DNA of 64,000 bases, taken from the NCBI GenBank assembly GCA_951406725.2, contig OX597822.1, positions 85,746,001 to 85,810,000 on the forward strand. Direction: 5' to 3'. The position numbers were made by a program, and so were the translations under genes. Below are positions 26,975-38,585 of the stretch, one piece after another. The DNA is from Octopus vulgaris. Its lineage: Eukaryota. Positions within the stretch are counted from its first letter, which is position 1. Each line of letters starts with the position of its first letter. The notes below the pieces were generated by a model. The model was given only the letters and a program-made list of their open reading frames with translations. It was not told the origin of the DNA and made no database searches.

Positions 26975-27565
26975 GCCAAGACCTTTAGAGATATGCTGTG
27001 CTTGAGAAGACCCAACAAGCCAAGTGAGATCATAGCAATGGCCTATGCCAGTGTCACATATCCAGGTCATTTAAGAGTTCCTTTCAACTGTTGGCCAATA
27101 TGCTGTACTTCAGAAGACCTGTTGAGTCAAGTGAAATTATTGTTGTAGCTAATGCCAGTACCACCTGACTGGCACCTGTGCCAGTGGGACGTAAAAATCA
27201 CCATTTGAGTGTGGTCGAAGCCAGTGCCGCCTGACTGGCTCCTGTGCCAGTGACAAGTAAAAGCTACCATTGAAGCATGGTTGATGCCAGTGACACTTGA
27301 CTGGCACCTGTGCCAGTGGAACATAAAAAGTACCATTTGAGTGTGGCTGATGCCAGTGCGACCTTACTGACCCCCATGCCGGTGGCACATAAAATGCATC
27401 AACTACACTCTGGGAATAGTTGGCATTAGGAAGGGCATCCAGCCGTAGAAACATTGCCAGATTAGATTGGAGCCTGGTGCAGCCAACTAGCCTTGCCAGT
27501 CCTCAGTCAAACCATTCAGCCCATGCCAGCATGGAAAGTGGACGTTAAACGATGATGATGATGAT
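26975..27565 (+). mobile_element. RTE-3'UTR family copy with internal ~62-bp minisatellite
   Basis: Repeated tgccagtgg(c)ac(g)taaaa..caccatt units, then ggcattaggaagggcatccagc and a (GAT)n tail. Other plus-strand copies: ~575-810, 4890-5108, 8420-8980, 19240-19530, 20160-20580, 38585-38945, 41035-41230, 48055-48440, 58825-59030. Minus-strand copies: ~9900-10345, 11298-11530, 17920-18080, 42325-42790, 48965-49150. Confidence 0.82.
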
Positions 27566-29347
27566 TAAGGAGGTGAGCTGGCGGAATCGTTTGCATGCCA
27601 GGTAAAATTCTTAATGGCATTTTGTCTGATTTTACATTCTGAGTTCCAATTGCACCAAAGTCAACTTTGCCTTTCATCCTTTCAATGTAAATCATTGGGG
27701 GAGATGGGGGTCAATGTAATCAACTTATCCCCTTCCCCCAAAATTGCAGGCCTTGTGCCAAAATTTGAAACCATTATTAGTACCACTGGGAGTGGCAAAC
27801 TGGCAGAATCCTCCCTCTGCATGGACAAAATGCTTCCCAGGATTTCTTCAAAGTCTGCCACAACAACACCACACACACACGCACCCCAAACAGCTACAGT
27901 AGATTTATACTTGAGACATTATATGAGCTTGGAGTTGAAATCTTTACCCAGTTGGTTATTTCATTTTTAATGAAACACTCAATGATTTTTAAGACAGTTT
28001 CAAGAATCAGAAAACTTTAAAAAAAAAAACAGGAAACAATGAAATAAAAATTGCGGGGTGGGAAGAAGGATTAAGCAGAAAGATAAAATAAAAGATGAAA
28101 TCTAGGAAACGATGGGGAGAATAGAAAAAAAAAAAAAATGCAAATGCAAATGCAAAACATCTGACATGGAAAATAGGCGAAAAGTGTTAAAAGATGTGAA
28201 TTAATTTGGAGGGAAAAATGAAAAGAAATATCCAGAAGGTAATAAACAGCAAAGATAGTTTCATTTCAGGGTTGAATTTTTGAGTGAGTGACAGCTAATT
28301 TCACAAGAATAAACAAACAAGAATCAAGAACACCACCCTAGATTTGTTTGCAGAGCAATACTATGGCCACCACTGCCTCCACCATCACCACCACCATCGC
28401 CAACCACCACCACCCCCTCCCGTCTCCAAGGCAAATATCTTCATGTCCTCTCAACTCCAACCAACCAGGTAACCTCAAATACAAACATTTCTCACAACTG
28501 GTGGTGGTGGTGGTAGCAAGAAGGGAGGGTGGGGGCATGGAGCACCTCCTTGTCCTCCTCTACTTTTCTGATGTAACCCCCACCCAACACGCTCCCTCTC
28601 TCTCTCAGAAGCTCTTCCCATGAGCTGACATAGAAGCCTCTATTTGGTTGTTTCGCATGCAAGAAATGGCAGTCAAATTCACTTTTAATCATAGAGTATT
28701 GTCTTTAAAAAGAAAAAGCATGAATCTAGGAGAGGCAGAAAGAAGGACAGTTGTGGCTAGAATGAATGTCTCTGCCCATGGATTTCCTTGATCAGAACTG
28801 ACCTGTACTTCCACCCAACACACCCTTTTATAAAACAAAACATTTTCATCTTTTATTTCCGTATTGTAAATATTTCACCTAACTCCAGGGGTCATCTACA
28901 AATCAGACAGGAAAGTCAGAGGATTCTTTCATAATCCTTTATTATTTTGGCACAAAGCCTGAAATTTATTAGGGAGGGGGCCAAGTTGATTACATCGACC
29001 CCCCAATACTTGACTGGTATTTATTTCATCAACCCTGAAATGGCAAACAGCAAAGTCAACTTCAACAGAATTAAAGGGATTCTTTAATAATGGAAACAGG
29101 TTTTGGCTGAGGGGTTAAGAAGTTCTCTTGGATCCAAATGGTAGCAAGACAAACTTAACCACACAACTAAGTCTAATACCTTTGCAGATCTTTTATTTTT
29201 CACTTGTTTCTGTTGCTTGACTGTGGCCATGCTGGGGCATCGCCTTGAAGAATTTTCAGCCCAAGTCCTTATATTTTTATTAAACCAGGCACTTGATCTA
29301 CCAATCTCATTTGTTGAAGTTAAAGGAACGTAAACACCCTAAGACTG

Positions 29348-29646
29348 AAAATTACTATTCAGCAACAGTAGTTTGGGGTAAACATTATTTGCCAACATAA
29401 CATGGCAGTCCTGGTTTGGGAGGAATGAAGGGAAATAACCTGGAAATCGTGATATTGTGATAAATCGTGATACACAGATATTGTTTTCAGCAGAGTGGGG
29501 GGTGCTAGATTCCCTTGTTCGAAAATATAAGGACACAGATCGTGTGGTATAGCCAGCTGGAGACGATGTCTCCTGGGGCTAAATTACAGCAACATGCGTC
29601 CTAAACCAAGACTGCCATGTTATGTTGGCAAATAATCTTTACTCCA
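29348..29646. mobile_element. second copy of the fold-back family, inserted into a family A SINE
   Basis: About 48-bp inverted arms (ttatttgccaacataacatggcagtc / gactgccatgttatgttggcaaataa). Flanking direct repeat caccctaa(g/c)actg at 29335-29347 and 29645-29657. Confidence 0.8.
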
Positions 29647-31814
29647 CCCTAACACTGGTTAGCAAGCATTGGGGTGGGATGACAGACACAAAGACACACA
29701 CACATGACAGGCTTCTTTGGGCGGCCCCAGGCTATAGTAAAAGACTCCTGACCAAGGTGCCACACAGTGGGCCTGAACCCAGAACCACATGACTGGGAAG
29801 CAAACTTCTTAGCACACGCCACGCCTGCACCAGTGAACTTGAGTCACTTCTCCAGGTATTTTGTTGCTTATTATTCAGTCCTGTCTTGTCTTGTTCTGTT
29901 GCCCTCGTTAAGGTTGAAGGGCAGAAGAACAAGACAAGACAAGACTACCTTATCTTGCTGTTTAAATAACCAGAGATCTGTGATAGTGGCAGAGAAAGAG
30001 AAAGAGAGAGAGGACTTGGCTGGTGGAACAGAGATTTAAATGGAAATAGTGGTGGTATCCTGTGATGATAACAGTGGTATTGGCCATGGTGGTGGTGGCA
30101 GCTGCAGCAGCAATGATGTCACAATGGTGAGATTTAGTAGCTTCTATGTACAACACTTGAGTTTGGAACTGAAGGACAGCAACAGACACTCTCCCGCGCA
30201 CCCGCCCAACCACACATACAATAACAACCACAACAACAAAAACAGACAAATGTTAATTTTTGCTTGTATTGTCAGAAACGGCATGATATTATTGATTTGC
30301 AGACCTGTTGGAACCTGAGCATTGCCAGCACAATAATAATGATAACAATAATAATAATAATAATAATAATGGAAAAAAGAAGACAAAGATATAAAAACAA
30401 GTCAATATTAAAATCAATTCCATTAGCAAGTAACCATTTGTTTCTTTATTTGTCTTGCTATGTGTGTGTGTGTGCGTGCATACATTGCTGCCAGATAGAG
30501 CAGGTGACAAATTAACTTTTATCTCCATCAACAGATTAATTCTGGTGACAGTCAAATTAGGTTCTTCATGAAGCTTATTGCAAATCAATTCTTTGTATTA
30601 GCAGCAAAACGTTCAACACACATACTGCGGTGGTGGTGGTGGTGGCGGTTGTCAGGGACAGGATTCTTCAGTTATATGTATTTGCAATTCTGCATTTAAA
30701 CAGATGCTACCAAAGAAAGGCCAATGTAAGAATGACCCACTTCTCCAAATTATCTTGGTCAGTGACTGAGCATGAAATTAGAAATAATTAAGTGACTCGT
30801 GCAGACAATTCCAAGAAATCGAGTCACATGGCCTGAGGGAATTTAATCACATGAACGGACATCATTATTTTAGTTTATCTTCACACAGCTATCATCAGAA
30901 TTTAGAATGTACAGAGAAGGGGGGGAGAGGAAGATACAAGGAAATTGTTGATGCATTGCTACAGTTAGACGAATAATATTTATATAATATTTATATTTGT
31001 AGGTGCAATGTGTGGCTGTATGGTAAGAAGTTTGCCTCCTAGCCATGTGGTTCCAGTTTCAGTCCCACTGCATGGCACCTTGGGTAAGTGTCTTCTACTG
31101 TATGGCCTCAGGCCAACCAAAGCCTTCTGAGTGGATTCGGTAGACAGAAACTGAAAGATACTCATCACGCACGTGCGTGCGTATGTGTTTGACCCCCCCT
31201 CCTGCTTCACAACTGGTGTTGGTGTGTTTACATTCCCATAACTTAGTGGTTCAGCATTAGAGACTGATAGAACAAGTAACCAGTTTTTAAAAAAATAAAT
31301 AAATTCTGGGGTCAATTCATTTCTCTAAGATTCATCAAGGTGTGCTCTAGCATGACTACAATCTAATGACTGAAACAAGATAAGAAAAAAAAAAGGAAGG
31401 TTTTAAATATTTCTGTTAAGATTAGTTAAATCTTTGAAATATTGATTTGGTCAAAGAAATCAATGACTGTTTGAGATAGACATGGCCATACACAGAGTCA
31501 AATATATAACCATCTTAAGATTTACATTTGAAAACAGGTCGTGTCCATTTAGAAAGTGGATGGTAATAATAATCTCATTGAATTTGCTGCAGAGGAATTT
31601 GAAGGAATTGATACGATTTGCTAATCCTTAATTAAATCAAAGCTTTTGATCTTATTTCTGTATTATAAAGTGAGAGGACAGCAAAATAGGTGTAACAGCC
31701 CCACTTTGCCACCCAGTCCTCTGACAGATTGTGCTTAGCATCGTGCCAGATGTCTATTTGAGCAGGTCTGCAACACAACTCTCCTCCTCTTGGCACTCTG
31801 TTGGTTATGATGAT

Positions 31815-32100
31815 GGGCGTTCCAGTTGCTTCAAACAGCCAGCTCATGAAATTAACATGCAAGTGGCTGAGTATGCCACAGACATGTACCCTTAACATAG
31901 TTCTTAGAGAAATTCAGTGTGACACAGAATGTGACAAGGCTGACCCTTTGAATTACTGGTACTACTCGTTTTTGCCAGCTGAGTGGACTGGAGCAATGTG
32001 AAATAAAGTGTCTTGCTCAAGGACACAACTCACCACTGGGAATTGAACTCATGATTCTATGATCATGAGCCAAACACCCTAACCACTTAGATAAGTGCCT
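31815..32100 (-). mobile_element. CORE-like tRNA SINE
   Basis: Reverse complement of 12520-12810 (aagtgtcttgctcaaggacaca, tgtgacaaggctg). Confidence 0.7.
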
Positions 32101-32159
32101 TCACATTACAACTCTTTAGGGAAAGGATCTAAATGGATTGAATTGAAGCAGCAGCAGTC

Positions 32160-32207
<48 letters not shown>

Positions 32208-32479
32208 TCTCTCTCTCTCTCTCTCCAGCTGTCACACTGTACTGGGTCAAGGGCTGACAGGGAGCCTCCCTAGATCTGATCACCACTATATAAGGATCTT
32301 AAAACAACAAGTAAAAGAATCATGCTCCCACCTCATTCATACTCATTAGCAAGTGACACCAAGCTCTACTTTCCAGATACACAAACACAATATACACATG
32401 TTAACGTACACATTCTTTTACCTGTATCAGCTATAGGACTGTGGCCATACTGGAGCACCACCCTAGAGAATTTTAGTCA

Positions 32480-32770
32480 ACCCCTGTGCCATGTGGGAAC
32501 CGGCATGTCAAAGAATAGACCCAATGTTCCTTCTACATGTCATAAAAGGTAACTAAAAGTGGTCGAAGTAGGAGTTGCACTCTGACCTCGTAAAACCCTC
32601 ATCAGCAACGACTACCCAAACAGACCCATAGATTGGAGGGTTGTCACCTCAGTGGTGCAAAGGTGTCATTCACCAAGGCTAGGGAATCACCAACAAATGG
32701 CAGATGCAGGGATGAACTATTACAGCATATGCCCTCACTCCCACTACTGCTGCTGCTACCACTACTACTA
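32480..32770 (+). mobile_element. unclassified interspersed repeat with (CTA/CTG)n tail
   Basis: Co-linear homology with 55696-55960 (gggaacc.gcatgtcaaagaa, gttgcactctga.ctcgtaaaaccctca, tggagggttgtcac). Confidence 0.7.
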
Positions 32771-33285
32771 CATTCACACACACACACATGATCCCCGAAT
32801 GTTGTGATTTCAGCTACAAAAATGTTGTGATGCTGCTTTACTTTTGGGATCCAGCCTTCTTTCCACATGTGGAGGCACGTGTGTGTGTGTGTGAGGCACG
32901 TGTGTGTGTGTGTGGTGTGTGTGTCTGTGAGAAGAAAGAAAATAAAAGGAACAACATTCTTCATTGACTCACAGTGTGTGATTGTATGTCTTCTGCTTTC
33001 ACACACTCTAGTGTGTTTGTGTGTGTGTGTGTGTGTGCAGGTGTTGTCTCTGTGAGTGTGTACATGAGTGGAGAGTATGTTTTTGTAAATGTGTGTGTGT
33101 GTGTTTGTTTACATTGAGTGTCAAGTGTGTATTCGTATACATGTGCGTGTGTGCATTTTATAAAGGCGTGGGTTTATGTGTGCATATATACATGCTCGTA
33201 AGAATGTATATGTGTGTGCATATAGGTGTATGTATAGTGTGTCTAAATATAGGTGTATGCAGTGTGTATATAAATATGCTTTGCC

Positions 33286-33319
<34 letters not shown>

Positions 33320-33953
33320 GGCAGATAGATAAATAGGTAAATGTAAAAATGCAGAGGAGACAGACAGACAGACAAAGTTACAGTAGTAAAGAAAAAGAGA
33401 AAGGGAGAGAGTTGTAATATAAATTCTTTTCGTTTATGTCACAGGTAGTCAGCAAGTTGGGTGAATGGCTGCCATCAAGATGGTAAATGTTTGTAGTTGT
33501 TCGACTAAAGTCAGAAGAGGTTAATTGAAATGTTAATCACCGATTCCACTGCAATGGGAAACAAATACATTTCTGACCTGGGCATGTACAAGAATGCCAG
33601 CGAACGTGATTCAATTTACGGACAACCCAAACCTTTCTAACTCTCTCTCTCTCTCTCTCTCTACAGACTCCAACCTCCCAATACAAAGTCACCAAGTGGA
33701 CAGAGAGTTCAGTCTCCAACATAAAATACACACAGGTTAAAACTTAAAGTCTTCTGCTGTAGATAGGATAGATTTTAACCCTTTCAAGTCTATACAGGCC
33801 AACTACACACTTAGAGGACCCATTTTTATTCAAACTCTTCTCTGTTGACCCGCAACCAAAAGCTAAAAAATTACTTCCATATATAGAATAACCCACCCGC
33901 CACACACACAAACTTATAAGGAAACCTCTATAAAACCTGCTTAATACATAGAC

Positions 33954-34184
33954 CAGAGGTTCTCAACCAGGGTCCATAAAGGATTTTGTTGTTAAAATTT
34001 ATTTGCAATACATTGCTTACTCTTCTGCATTACACAAAATATTTTAACAAATTTTATACAATTTTTAACAATATTTAGTAATAAAAATAATAGGATTTTT
34101 AAAATATTGAATGGCCGTGAGGTTTAATTCAAGTAAACTGGGAATCAAAGGAGTTCATAAGGGGAAAATGGTTAAGAACCACTA
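33954..34184. mobile_element. hAT-like MITE
   Basis: Imperfect TIRs cagaggttctcaacc / ggttaagaaccacta. No clear TSD. Confidence 0.5.
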
Positions 34185-34857
34185 ATGTATAACAACTAAA
34201 TCTCCTTCACCAAACAAAACTCCCAACAACGGTTCAAGTAAAGAGCAGATATTTTAAGCCACTGCCTCTCAGTTGAAATAAGTTAGCCATGATAAGAAAG
34301 ACTGGTCAAACATTTCATTTGCTTTGAATTGCAACAGTAGAGATGCTGCAGTCAAGCAGATCATGGTCAGCAGCTCCAGACAAACAACAGCAACACACAC
34401 AAAATAAACCAGACAAAATCAAAATAAATGTATGCCTTTAGACTTCAGGTTGACAAACTATAAACATGGCAGAGAAGAAGTGACCAGACAATATAAGAGG
34501 AGGAAAACAATTTACACATCACTGAAGTAAACTCTTAATTGCAACCAAGTGGCAACCAAGTAGCAACCAGTATGATAGAAGGTTTTGATTTTCTTAAGTA
34601 TTTAAGGAGTAAAAGCTATATTTGCTTCAATAATATGGTCAGATGTACAAGACAGTGTCCAGCTGGTTTGAATTTCAACAAAAAATACACAATTTTTTTG
34701 TATTTGAATGTATTTAATCTTGCGTTGTTGTAACGATTGCTTTGAGTTCAAAGTCAACAGATTGAGAATATTAGATTTAACAACTGGACTACAAGAATCT
34801 GCAGAATCTTCTCATGCTTAATACGGTCTTGTAGACACTTTACACAAAAAACTTTTA

Positions 34858-36180
34858 TGATCTTGTGCTCATAGCAGATTCCATATCAGAGCTAGAAGAG
34901 AAATTCCAGGTGTAGAAGCAAAATATGGAATTTAAGGATCTCAAAGTTAACTCAGCAAAGACTAAGCCCCTAGTAATCAAGAAAACAGACAGGACCCTAC
35001 CCCTTTCAGGTAGGTGGCTCTACCCAATTTGTAGGTAAGGTGTAGGCAGGAACGCGATACAGTGTTTCCCACTGTAAGCTATGGACATACAAGCGGTGCA
35101 GTGGAATAACAGGAAGGTTATCAGAGAAAGTAGGTGCACAGCTGCCATAAAAACTAGAGACTCAGGAAATTGATTCTCTAAAATGCCTCGGTGGCTCATT
35201 AGATGTAGTAGAGAATTTCTGCTACCTAGTGGACCATATTAGTCATGGGGTAGGATGCATGGAGAATGTGTATCACACTCTTCATGCATCTTCCTTAGAA
35301 TAAGAATAGGATGGAGGAAATTCAGAGAGTTGTCACCTGCTGTTAGCTGTGAAAGATTTCTCCGAGTGAAAGGAAGATTGTAAGATGCATGTATACGGAC
35401 AGTAATTCTACATGGTAGTGAAACGTGAGCCAAGAATTCAGAGGACATGTAAAGGTTAGAAAGGAACAAGGCTAGAATGCTCCACTGGATGTGTAATGTA
35501 AGTGTACATGTTCGACACAGTGCTAATACCTTGAGAGAGAAGTCAGGCATCAGAGGAATTAGTTGCTGTGTGCAAGAGAGAAGACTGCACTGGTTTGGTC
35601 ATGTGAAGCAGATGGATGCTGACAGCTCCATAAAAAAATGCCAATCTCTCAAAGTGGGTAGAACATGTGGAAGTGTAAGAGCCAGGAAGACATAGGACAA
35701 AATACTGAAGAATGACCTAAGGACAATGAACCTTTTAGGTGAGATGACAAAGGACCGAGACACCTGGCACCTTGCTGTACTCAAGAAGACCTTGTACTCC
35801 ATTGCAGAAATATTAAAACTGGTCCCCCTGGGGGTGATGATTAACCTGCAAGAGTCCTAGGCTGGTGCCATGTAAAAAGCACTCGTGGCAGTGATAAGTA
35901 AAAATGCTCATGCAAGGACACATAAAAGCATCCACAAGGTGCCACATAAAAGCACCAGCATAGTGCCACATGAAAGTGCCCGCACATAAAAGTGCCCTTG
36001 TGGCATCACATAAAAGCACCCAGCACACTCTATAAAGTGGTTGGTATTGGAAGGGTATCCAGCCATAGAAACCATGCCAAATCAGACCAGAGTCTGGTGC
36101 AGCTCTCTGTCTTGCCAGCTCTGGTCAAATCAACCAAACCATGCCAGCATGGACAATGGACGTATGCTGTTGATGATGTG
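34858..36180 (+). mobile_element. degenerate 5'-truncated RTE-clade LINE (RT C-terminal half, 3' UTR and GAT tail)
   Basis: Interrupted frames: DLVLIADSISELEEKFQV*KQNMEFKDLKVNSAKTK, LDVVENFCYL, RIGWRKFREL, ILHGSET*A, RMLHWMCNV, ERRLHWFGHV, RARKT*. These are followed by the dispersed 3' UTR family ending ccatgccagcatgga...gatgat. Confidence 0.85.
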
Positions 36181-36254
36181 CAGAATAGGTGTGTTGCTTT
36201 CACAAATTAACCAATAATAATAATAATAATAATGATGATGATGATAATAATAAT

Positions 36255-36620
36255 AGCCAGAATCGAGAAAGAAATAGATATAGCATGCCCAGCTGACGTG
36301 GTATGCGATAAGGAAGAAAGAAAAGTCGAGAGATATGACAGGTTAGCTTGGGAAGTTAAGCAGTTGTGGTCAATGAAAAAGGTAGCAGTAGTACCAATAA
36401 CTGTCGGAGCCCTGGGAACAGTGAGCAAAAATCTCGAGAAGTACATGGAACATATAGGGGCTGCAATAAGGGTGGAGCACTTGCAGAAAACAGCACTACT
36501 TGGAACCATTCGAATACTCCGGAAGGTGCTTGAAAAATAAGAGGTGTTGCCTTAATTCACTGGTAGTGAACAGCTAATACTGTAGTACATCTCCAGCATT
36601 AGAAGCTATGCAAAGGCAAT
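36255..36620 (+). mobile_element. 3' fragment of an RLE-type non-LTR retrotransposon (R4/Dong-like) in a (TAA)n tract
   Basis: IDIACP...KEERKVERYDRLAWEVKQLWSMKKVAVVPITVGALGTV...LQKTALLGTIRILRKVL* is the C-terminal part of a restriction-like endonuclease domain. (AAT)n lies on both sides. Confidence 0.78.
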
Positions 36621-38189
36621 GATAATAATAATAATAATTCTTTTAAGTAGCCACCTGAAAACACTCTGGTCTGGCTCTCTACCAAGTGAACCATTTCCCC
36701 TATACGCTGAAGGTGGGTTTTTCTTTTCATCTGACGATAAAGAGAATTTCTCTTTTGCATTATATCTGAAGCTAACATGGCATTTGTTTATTTTCTCTGA
36801 ACTCATTCTTAGACATTACATCCTTAACTGCAACAGTTTTGAACACACAACCCCTGTTATGTGTTAAAACATGTAATACTAACACAGGTGACTCAGCCTA
36901 TCTCTATAGCCACCAGCTTTAGTTGAGGTAGGGTTGAATAAATAAGAAAGAAAGGGGAAAAACAAATTCTTAAATCGTTCGGGGAGATGAAGCTTCTTTC
37001 TATGTCATTTCTAACATGGAGATTTGATTATTACAAAATCACTTGTATATTAAAGAACAGATGCAGGCAAGCAGCAAAAAGAGAAGCACAATGAGAAAGT
37101 AATTAAGCCAAATCAACTAATTAATACATTTGCATTTTTTTTTTAATTGTTTCAGTCATTAGACCACAGCCATGCTGGGACACAATCTTGAAGAATTTTG
37201 AGACAAACATATCGACCCCAGTACTTTTTTTAAGCCTGGTACTTATTTTATTGATCTCTGTAACTGAACCACTAAGTTATGGGGACATAAACATGCCAAC
37301 AGCAGTTGTCAACAGTGGTGGAGGATAAACACACACATACATACATACATATATACATATATATATATATACATGATGGACTTCCTTCAGTTTCTATAAA
37401 CAAAATCCATTCAGAAGGCTTTGGACAGCCCAAGGCTATAGTAGAAGACACCTGCCCAAGGTGCTACACAGTGGGACTGAACCTAGAACCATGTGGTTGG
37501 GAAGTAGACTTCTTACCACACAGCCACTCCTGTGCTTTGTAAATTTATATAGAATACTATAAATTTGGTCTCACATTGTACATGCATTCGATTCTATGAG
37601 ATCACTAAATGTAAGAAAGAATAACCATCATTAGAGGGGAGGGGCTCATGCAAGAGAGAAACAAAACATTAACCACAGTAAAGTAAAAGAATAAAAAAAA
37701 AATAAAAGTTGGCATCCAGTGTGTAGACATTACAAACTGTAGTTTATTGACTAATTGTCTTTAGCTTTTCAAGATTATACTTTCAAGGGGAGAGATTATA
37801 TTTGATCCCTGGGCCAATCTCATTATATCGCAGGTACTAATTTTGACTTACTCTCAAACTGACAGAATAACAAATTTTCCTACCATAAAACCATCTAAGA
37901 TCACTTGTTCTTAATTGCAACATTAAATCATTCACATTCATTCATTTAAATAATAACCAGCAACAGAAGAGAACACAGCAATAAAAGCTTCTTTGTAACT
38001 TAATAAATTCTTTTTTGTAGATGCCATTAAACATGTTCCATGTGCCACGTGTTAAATACTGTAAATAATAGAAAGTCATCAGAAACATAATTCAACACAA
38101 ACTCTTGGTTTATTTCTCAATTTCTTCAAAAACACAAAGCTAAGCAAAACACATTGAGCAAAAGAGCTCAATCTAATCATGCCATCATC

Positions 38190-38220
<31 letters not shown>

Positions 38221-38534
38221 GCGCCACCCCGACTGGCCTTGTGCTGATGGCACGTAAAAAGCACCATCCAATCGTGGCCGTTGCCAGCCTTGCCTGGCAC
38301 CTGTGCCAGTGGCATGTAAAAAGCACCCACTACACTTATTGTGGGCCTTGTGTCCAAAATTTGAGACCATTTTATTGTTGTTGTTGTTGTTGTTGTTCAT
38401 ATGGATTGGCAGAGTCATCAGAGTTTACACAGTAAAATTTCTTCATATATTCCATTATGTCACTCCTCCCCATCCTGAGTTCAATTCCTTCTGTCTGCTC
38501 TCACAGAATCAACCAGAGCAAGTAAGGGCAAGAG

Positions 38535-38585
<51 letters not shown>

